Below, one piece after another: positions 54,477 through 64,000 of a DNA stretch of 64,000 bases (position 1 is its first letter; each line of letters begins with the position of its first letter). The notes beneath the pieces are model-generated. The model had not been told where the DNA came from. It worked only from the letters and a program-made list of their open reading frames with translations, and searched no databases. The translations under genes and the position numbers were made by a program. The stretch is from Octopus vulgaris (taxonomy: Eukaryota), in contig OX597817.1 in NCBI GenBank assembly GCA_951406725.2, positions 149,234,001 to 149,298,000 on the forward strand, written 5' to 3'.

Positions 54477-54582
54477 AATTCCTAGAACGAGAAGAATTCC
54501 TAGAACGAGAAGAATTCCTAGAACGAGAAGAATTCCTAGAACGAGAAGAATTCCTAGAACGAGAAGAATTCCTAGAACGAGA
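54477..54582. repeat. Perfect 18-bp minisatellite, ~5.9 copies
   Basis: aattcctagaacgagaag repeated with no mismatches. Confidence 0.95.
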
Positions 54583-54959
54583 CTTAAGCAGCTAACGTTT
54601 GAATAACAGACACTCGTGAGGAAGAAGGCAAAAAGAAAACTAGAAATGGACATAACTACCGTTACAATTAACAAAAGTCTAAATAACGTTAACAAGATAT
54701 TAACGGTTTACGATGTGTCTAGTGGCCTATTTTTAAATTCCGCCAAGATGTATTTCTTAATGTGTGAACATACTGAAAAAGTCTCGTTCATGGAATTTAC
54801 GCAGCTGTCGGAGACTCTCTAGTTCTTTAAGAGGAATAGTTTTTCAAGAGAACATATTGAACATGTTTTGGACCAATTAATATAGGGGCTGGTTTTGGAA
54901 AGGATTTTCCATTAGATGTCGTAATTGATCCCTTCATCTTTAAGTTTTCAACTTCCTTA

Positions 54960-55110
54960 ACATGGAAGCTAAAACTCTCGCAAAAAATTTAATAAAGATA
55001 GCTCCACGGTTTCATTTTGTATGTCTGCCAAAAATATCAATGTATACAGCGGTGAGCCATAGCTTGTTTTATTGAAACTATTATATTTTGTTATTCTGGT
55101 TTGTTGAAAT
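54960..55110 (-). pseudogene. Possible decayed Penelope-type RT remnant
   Basis: KYNSFNKTSYGSPLYTLIFLADI resembles YxQxxGxAMGSPLSPxLAxI; motif match only. Confidence 0.35.
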
Positions 55111-55706
55111 TCATGTTTGAGGTCAACAATAGAATCAAAAGTTAAGAACATGATACAAACGTGGATCTTAAAAAAAAAACCGACATCTTTTCCACACAGC
55201 CATCTGTAACGTTTCTTCTGGTCAATAACAAACCAATACTGAAGAGTAATACGGAACACACACGTTTGTGTGTGTGGTGGGGTATGTGTGAGTGTGTATA
55301 AATGTACATACACACATGCACACAGATATATAAAACAAACATAACTAAATCTCATTAGAGATTTGATTATACTGAAAAATATATATTGATGTTCAGAAAT
55401 TTTCTACTTGATTTTGCAGTCACGTCATTTTTGTTGGCTGAAACTGAAAATGAAAAACATCAACTCAATATTTTAAAAATATAATGATAACAAATAAATA
55501 AATAAATAAAAAATATAAATCAAGAACAAAACCAACAATCATCACATCACGAGGGAAAAAAACGAACGAACAAACAGAAAAAAAAACAAACATTATGATG
55601 AGACATTGCGCATGTCTGTGTGACAACAGGATGTGTCATATTTTGGAAAGAGGAGCAATAATATAACTGTTAGCATCATTTCGACTTCTTTTGCTGTTCT
55701 TGTTTA

Positions 55707-56290
<584 letters not shown>

Positions 56291-56799
56291 GATTGTTTTT
56301 GAACAAGAACAACTTAACCTTTTCAATACCGATCCTCTAAGCCCACCCATACCCCACCTGTTTTAGCTACCCCTCTCCCCTTCCATCCCCGCTCATACGC
56401 TCATACACCCGCCCACCATGCCCACCACGCCCACCCGCCGCCTCTCGGTTCTTATCAACCTACGAACTGTCTGTAAATAAGGTTTCATATCTAAATCAAA
56501 ATTTTCGAATTTCGATGAAAATCTTGTTGATGTCCATGGAAATCTTGCTGACGTTGTTGTTCCTGTTGTCGAAGTTGCTGCTGCTGCTACTGCTGCTGCT
56601 ACTACTGCTGTTACCGCTGGTGTTGATTCTGAGGTTGTTATTTTTGCTGGCGCTGTTCTTTACTATCGTTCCATTTGTTGTAATTGTCGATGTTGTTGTT
56701 ATTGTTGGTGGTGGTGGTGGTGGTGGTGGTGGTGGTGGTGCAGTTATTGCTGTTTAGCCCCAAGTCAAATCTGATTGGTTAAACTGAACTTATAGATTC

Positions 56800-56935
56800 C
56801 GCGTAACTCGGTGACTGGGATATTCGGCTTACGATCTTTAGGCCATGAGTTCGTTTCCAGGCAGCACCTTGTGTCCTTGAGCAAGACACTTTACTTCACG
56901 TTGCTCCAGTCCATTCAGCTGACAAAAATGAGATG
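56800..56935 (+). mobile_element. Old SINE family C copy
   Basis: gagttcgtttcc B-box-like, gtgtccttgagcaagacactttacttcacgttgctccagtccattcagctg. Confidence 0.6.
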
Positions 56936-56993
56936 TACCTGTAATTTAACAGGTGGTGGTGGTGGTGGTAGCAACAGTAGTAGTAGTAGTAGC

Positions 56994-57065
<72 letters not shown>

Positions 57066-57694
57066 TTGTAACGCTTATTTTGCTCAACTATTTGTTCATT
57101 TGTTCAATTATCTAAAGATTGTCGAAACTATTAGGAAAATATCGGAGGTTCAGAACTTAGTATTTCTAATCCGTTAGAACGAAGAGATCTTTCGTAGAGT
57201 TTTATGACAGAGAGTAGCATCCGATTTCCCAATGGATTTTCGCGATGGATTCCATCTTCATATTTTTTCAGAGTCTTTGGAAATGATCACTACCGACTTG
57301 CACTCAATAAAGGTTACAGGCTTTTTTTTCGTTTTTTATTTTGTTGATAAGGGGTTCTTACGAAATGGATTGTGAAAGTAAGGAGTTAGTAATTTGGAGA
57401 TCAGACGCCATTGTTTTAAGAAAAATTTCTCTTTTATTGAGGAATAAATTACTGGCTGTTTGGACAACGATGGTGCTATGGTGATGTGAAAGAAGGCTGC
57501 CCACTCATTTTATTGGAAAGTACTGATTAGCTATTTATTCCTTATGGTATTAATAACATATCGATTTCGAACAGTGTACTTCCCTGTACATATACGTGAA
57601 TCAGGAGCTGAACAACAGCTATTAACACAACTAGCCAAAGAAATATCTTCTACATCAGTCTTCTTCAACTCTTAAATCCTTAAATCCTTAAAAA

Positions 57695-58052
57695 TGTTTC
57701 AGCCCGAAAGCTGCGGCCATGCTGGGGCACCACCGTTGAATGAGCTACACTAGTATGTGAAATCAGCTCTGATACGTGGCACTTGGTCAACAAGGGTGTT
57801 CTACGCCGCTGTCCGCATCTGTGTTTCCTGCCGAGAGGTAGCTTCATCTGGAACCCCTGGCAAGAAGAGATCCAGTTTAGTTTTAAAGAAAGCCACATCT
57901 ACACCATGCAGGTCTCTCATGCATTTAGGAACGATATTGAAGAGCAGTGGTCCCCTGAAACCCAAGCTGTTGCAGTATCTGGTCCTGTATTTTGATGGTG
58001 ATATTCGGATATTTGGCACTATGCAGTGGCGCCCCGTTCTGCTTTTACTCAT
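57695..58052 (-). mobile_element. CR1-group LINE 3' fragment
   Basis: RTGRHCIVP..CNSLGFRGPLLFNIVPKCMRDLHGVDV..KLDLFLPGVPDE; tail cagcatggccgcagctttcgggctgaaac. Confidence 0.9.
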
Positions 58053-59322
58053 TAGACTCCATGCATTCCCCTTTTACTCCTTTTTTTTCATGCAAAAATA
58101 CACGCTAAATAATATTTGTATAACCAAACCGTTGTCATTACCATACAACTACCTTTAAGATAGCCTGTTTGTACATGCGTATATAAGTATGTGTATGTAT
58201 GTGAATGCACTGTGTTTTCTTAAATTATATATGTTTATATTTAGATTTATGTTTTTGTGTGTGTATCTTTAGTATATGTTTGTGGAATGTAAGGTGTGTA
58301 TTTGTGTGCTTGCGTGTGTATGCGCTTGCGTGCGCATATGTGCAAGTGCTTGCGCACTCTTCACATTTATTTTCCCTGGTTTACCATTAACTACTTTTCC
58401 TATACCATTTACAAAGCAGCCATCATCATTTGTTCGCTATCAAAATTCAACGAAATGCGTAAGTAATCCTTCTAGCCTTAGCCACCCACCACAACACACA
58501 CACACACGCACACATACACACACACGCACATACACACATACACATAAACGTACACACTCATACGCTCATAGGCACGCTACATATATCCACTCAATCTTCA
58601 AGCCATTCCAGAACATTCACCATATCTGTGCGTACAAGCGTGCGTCTCACTATAAATTAAGTCTTGATCCTTCGTCTTCAGACCTCTTCATCCTTTAAGT
58701 ATGCAATATGCATCGATTTTAACGATTTTCCAACTAACCAATACAACCTGTACTTATTTATCTCTCTTTCCTCTTCAGGCTCCCTCCACACATCGTCCCT
58801 ACATGTCCACCGTTGACTTCAATCTCATCTTACACCATTTAAACACCATAAATATACTCTGCCACTGAACCTAGTAACAGCCTGTACAAATTTAAAATAA
58901 AGAAAATTATTGGACTATTCATTATTACAACTATAACAGACCGACATGTCTTCTCTCATACACAGAAACACACAGCACACATACGCGCACACATACGTAA
59001 GTATGCATATGTATACACACACATGAATATGTATATAATTCATGTATGTGTGTACACACACACAAACACACATACATATACATATAGACCCACATACATA
59101 TACAGATGCATACTTGTATATATAGTCATATATATATATATGTACACATATATATATATATGTACATATACATGTATATAATATATATGTGTATGTATGC
59201 ATATATGTATGTATGTATATCTGTGAATGTATGCATGTGTATGTATATGTATGTGCATGTGTACTTATATCTATAAGTGCATCATTTGATTATACATAGA
59301 ACGCAGATTATATAGATATATG

Positions 59323-59422
<100 letters not shown>

Positions 59423-59537
59423 CAGATAGATATATACTTACATACATACATACACGCACATATACACAGATACATACATACACGCAAACACATATACACA
59501 GAGAAACAGAGAGCAGAAGGAAGAGAGGAGAGAGTGT

Positions 59538-59593
<56 letters not shown>

Positions 59594-59732
59594 GTGACTT
59601 TTATCATACAACTGCGCACTACCTGCAAATTAGTCACCAACCGTTTTAAGGGAATACTGCGATTTTATAAAAGCTTTATGGTGAATAAAAAGCTGTACGA
59701 TTTTTTTTTTTTGTTTATTTGTACTCTATCCC

Positions 59733-59789
<57 letters not shown>

Positions 59790-60206
59790 TCTGTGTCTGT
59801 GTCTGTGTGTATTTCCATATGTTTTTGCGTGCGTTCGTGTGTCTGTGTTCGTGCAAGTCTCAAGTCTGTATATGTGTGCACGGGCTTCTTCCGGTTCACT
59901 AGTACATGTGTGTGTGTTGGTGTATATGTGCCTCTGTGTGTGTGTGTGTGTGTGTGTGCCTCTGTGTGTTTGTGTGCGTGTGTGTATGGACAATCATTTC
60001 ATTCGGTTTCTATTTGGTCTTATACACAGAATTAGAAACACATGCATAAACAAACATATGCAAATACATAGATATACACACATACACACATATACACACG
60101 CATACACACGCACATTATTTAAGCACACACACACACACACGCACAAACGTTATTTAGCCTCGCTTCATTCTCTTATTTATTTATGTATTCCTGCCGCTAC
60201 CATCAC

Positions 60207-60278
<72 letters not shown>

Positions 60279-60282
<4 letters not shown>

Positions 60283-60502
60283 TAGTTTTATTTTTATAGC
60301 GTGCTTTCACTTCACTACCGAGCGCAGCTCTGTGTGCCTTGGGTATGTGCTGTGATTTGTTGTGATGCTCTGATGGTTATTGTATGGAAAGTGTTCTGCG
60401 TAGGATGTGTGCAGTGCCTAGTAGTGCAATTTTCTGTATGTTATATGTGTTTGTAAGTCCTGGTGTTTTTGTTATGTATTTGTCTGAATATTTTTTTATT
60501 AT
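60279..60502 (-). mobile_element. Dong/R4-clade LINE 3' end inserted in (TAA)n
   Basis: Minus strand IIKKYSDKYITKTPGLTNTYNIQKIALLGTAHILRRTLSIQ*; (TAA)n on both sides. Confidence 0.85.
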
Positions 60503-60503
60503 A

Positions 60504-60567
<64 letters not shown>

Positions 60568-60774
60568 CATTATTGTTATTATTATCATTATTATTATTAT
60601 TGTTATTATTATTATTATTATTATTATTGTTGTTGTTGTTGTTATCATACAGCTTCTGGTGGTATATCTACAGCTATCAATTCTTAATCCCCCATTCCTT
60701 CTGTCCCTCTCCTCTTCCACCATATATATGCGTTTGTGTGTGCGTGCGTGTGTGTGTAAGAGTGTGTGTGTGTA

Positions 60775-60807
<33 letters not shown>

Positions 60808-60812
<5 letters not shown>

Positions 60813-60990
60813 ACTTGTTTCGGCTGCAACGAAGCTGAGGCAACACCTTGAATGGTTTAATCGAACAAATCAACGCCAGTACTGATTTTTAAAGCGGATA
60901 CCTACTCTTTCTGTCTCTTTTGCCGAAACACTAAATTATATTGGCCATAATCAAACTAACACCGGAGGTGTGGAACTAACACAAAGACAA
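60808..60990 (-). mobile_element. Decayed SINE B 3' part (head remnant at 61210-61270)
   Basis: ttttacttgtttcggc..tctcttttgccgaa. Confidence 0.65.
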
Positions 60991-60998
60991 ACACATAC

Positions 60999-61032
<34 letters not shown>

Positions 61033-61070
61033 TTATATATATATGCATTTCTTACGGGCACACTACATAT

Positions 61071-61117
<47 letters not shown>

Positions 61118-61291
61118 CATACACATGTATGAATATAGATATATATATAAACTACATACACTTACATTTATATATATATATATATACTCTTTTACTTGTT
61201 TCAGTGAGACTCAAGTCGGAACCATGTTGTTGGTAAGCAAGCTACTTACCACACAGCCACTTCCGCGCCTATACAATATATATATACACAC

Positions 61292-61357
<66 letters not shown>

Positions 61358-61436
61358 CGTGTATATATGTATGTATATACCTATGTACCTAGATGCACAT
61401 TCACAAGTATTAATGTACACGTAGAGGGAGACAAGG

Positions 61437-61439
<3 letters not shown>

Positions 61440-61479
<40 letters not shown>

Positions 61480-61535
61480 CAGACAGATAGATAGATAGGT
61501 AGGTAGGTAGGTAGGTAGATAGATAGACAGAGAGG

Positions 61536-61614
<79 letters not shown>

Positions 61615-61649
61615 GTATTAGGTAGGTAGATAGATAGATAGATAGATAT

Positions 61650-61738
<89 letters not shown>
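61440..61738. repeat. (GATA)n/(GGTA)n/(GACA)n microsatellite
   Basis: Direct inspection. Confidence 0.95.
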
Positions 61739-63012
61739 TCGTTATATTTGTCTGCGAATGCCTCTTCCTTTGACAGTGTCTCTGTCTATTGAACTATCTA
61801 TATATGGCTACCTACTTAATAACGTATGTATATCGTTAAAATTGATAATACTGTGTTGCTTATTCATTTAAATCTACGCCATTGAATTCAGCTAATTTTA
61901 TAAAAGATGTCTGAGATTTGTTGGTGTTACAGATGTTGTGAGATTAGCGACTTGCCGAGACAATGATCTACCAAACTACCGTCTGACGTGTTATAATATC
62001 CTTGCTAGCGATACTATATTTTTTTCTCTCTCCTAACTCAAAACACTTAATTCTCATCTCACTAATCCAATATACCTTTTGTAAAATAATTATCCTGAGT
62101 AGGCACAGTCAAATACTCATTAAATTTTCTCATTAATTATTAGATAACGAGTATGTCGCTATTTAATAATTCAGAGACACCCTGTGCATCAAAAAAACAG
62201 TATTGATGTTTTTAACGTTGGGTGCATTAGACGTCTAACGAAATAAAAATGCCGATTAATATGCGGTCCTGGTCTTGAATATATTAAACGCTATCGTTCT
62301 GAGTACTTTGTCACCTTGCAATGTTGGGTTTAACTTGCAAAACAATGGGAAGCCCTTATATAGCGCTCAGCATACCACCAACATTTTCCATTATATCTAT
62401 CGAGTCTTCTCTCGGATACTGACTCTGGTTCCGGAAATGGTTGGTGTCCAGCGAAAGTCACCCTTACCGAGCGAAAGAAGAAGCCTCTATGTGGTCTTTA
62501 GATATAGTAGCTAAATCTGCCTTAATAACACCCTAACATCTTAAATAGTTCTGATTTTGGAAGAAGGTCGGCAATTTTGAAGGAGAGAGTGAGGTCACTT
62601 AGATTCCTAGTACTTTGCTGGTACTTTATTTTATCGACCACTGAAAGGAAACAGGTGACTTTTGTGATATTCGAACGCACAACGTAAATATCCAGAAGAA
62701 ATGAAGCTAAACATTTTATCCGATGCTCTAACGATTCTACCAGTTTACTGAACAAATAGGATAATATAGTCATACATATCATAAAAACTGAATGGTCACG
62801 GATGGAAAGCTTTTGCTTATATGTCTCCTTCACCAAGGCTGACATGAAGCTAAAGAGCAGCAAGGTCATTAAGTCTCAAGGCTTCCTCGTTGACGTCATT
62901 CTTTACTGAACCAAGCTTCAGAGATTTCTGAACAATTATTCAGCAATAAATATTCTTTTCTACTCTAGGCAGAAGGCCAAAAATTGTGTCTTGGGTGAAT
63001 AAGTATACAAAT

Positions 63013-63243
63013 TATAATAACACACGCACGTTCGGTTCCATTTCTTTATTATAAATCAATTGGTTAAATACCTAACGAACTAATTAATCGATGGTTTGTT
63101 TAACGTGTTGGTTAAATAGTCAAACGGTTTCTGTACCGTCTCTATTTAAACCTTACAACTGATTAATTAATTGATTGAATATCTAACCAATTGACTAATA
63201 ATTAAGAAGTAGAATTGAACCAGTGCGTGTATTATTGTTATTA
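63013..63243. mobile_element. Old foldback/MITE-like palindrome
   Basis: acacgcac..tcaattggtta..taattaatc vs gattaatta..taaccaattga..gtgcgtgt; centre ttaaatag..acgg..accgt..ctatttaa. Confidence 0.65.
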
Positions 63244-63343
63244 TTGGCTAATGACTCTCCCAAGAGAATAAAATTTGTTTCAACTCACGAATTCACATCA
63301 AGAATGTTACAAAATATATACAAAAAGCAAATCAGATGTACGT

Positions 63344-63615
63344 TGCTTTAAATTAATCGTTTTCTATTATGACCTACAAACGTTATTCTTATCGCTCTTA
63401 AAACTACGCGCGTACGCGTGCATGCACGCACGCACGAACGAACGTAGACAGACGCACATACACTAACACACGCAAACACACATGCACTACCCCGCGCCAC
63501 ACACACACACATACACGTATTGACAATCATACATTAGCTTGAGTTTGAATAAATTATTTTCTGTGATCTACTAACATTATCATCCTTCTTCAAAATACAT
63601 ACACACGCATATATA

Positions 63616-63672
<57 letters not shown>

Positions 63673-63679
63673 ATATATA

Positions 63680-63741
<62 letters not shown>

Positions 63742-64000
63742 GCTATACAATGTTTTAAATTAATTGTTTGCTATTTTGACCTATATACACTCGTATCTTT
63801 CTTCAAATTATACGCACACATGCATACATACTTTAGTATAGGCCGTTATATATTGCTTCAAATGAATAATTTTCTATTATGATCTACTTACACTCCAATC
63901 TCTTCAAACTATATATACACAAACACACTGCATGTATATACATTTATACATTCCTTTAAACGTATAGGTTTCTATTATGACCTATATACATTCGTATCTG
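63344..64000 (+). repeat. Five degenerate ~60-bp units separated by CA/TA-rich spacers
   Basis: tttaaattaat..tttctattatgaccta..cttcaaa near 63344, 63543, 63752, 63855, 63952. Confidence 0.7.

Noticed and set aside
54477-54582. 18-bp repeats as a CRISPR array or LLVLGI coding repeat
   Set aside because: No spacers; a simple perfect minisatellite

Overview
AT-rich eukaryotic DNA that is almost entirely repeats. It is most likely intergenic or intronic cephalopod (Octopus-like) sequence, inferred from the SINE families and microsatellite load. No host gene, rRNA, intact tRNA or CRISPR array is supportable. Most of the supplied ORFs are microsatellite read-through. The real coding remnants are all from transposons: CR1-group LINEs, L1/Tx1, RTE, R4/Dong-type RLE LINEs, a full-length decayed mariner and a possible Penelope RT trace. 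Also present are two abundant tRNA-type SINE families, two small Helitrons and several MITE-like foldbacks. The most notable signal is a set of unrelated short non-coding elements carrying type I hammerhead ribozyme (HHR) cores, mostly as head-to-head foldbacks in (TA)n, resembling Penelope pLTRs or retrozymes. Four of them are stacked in 3.3 kb at 14995-18317. One has captured an inverted copy of DNA from 3 kb upstream, and another recurs almost identically at 54040. All structures were read by eye; no database search or folding program was run.
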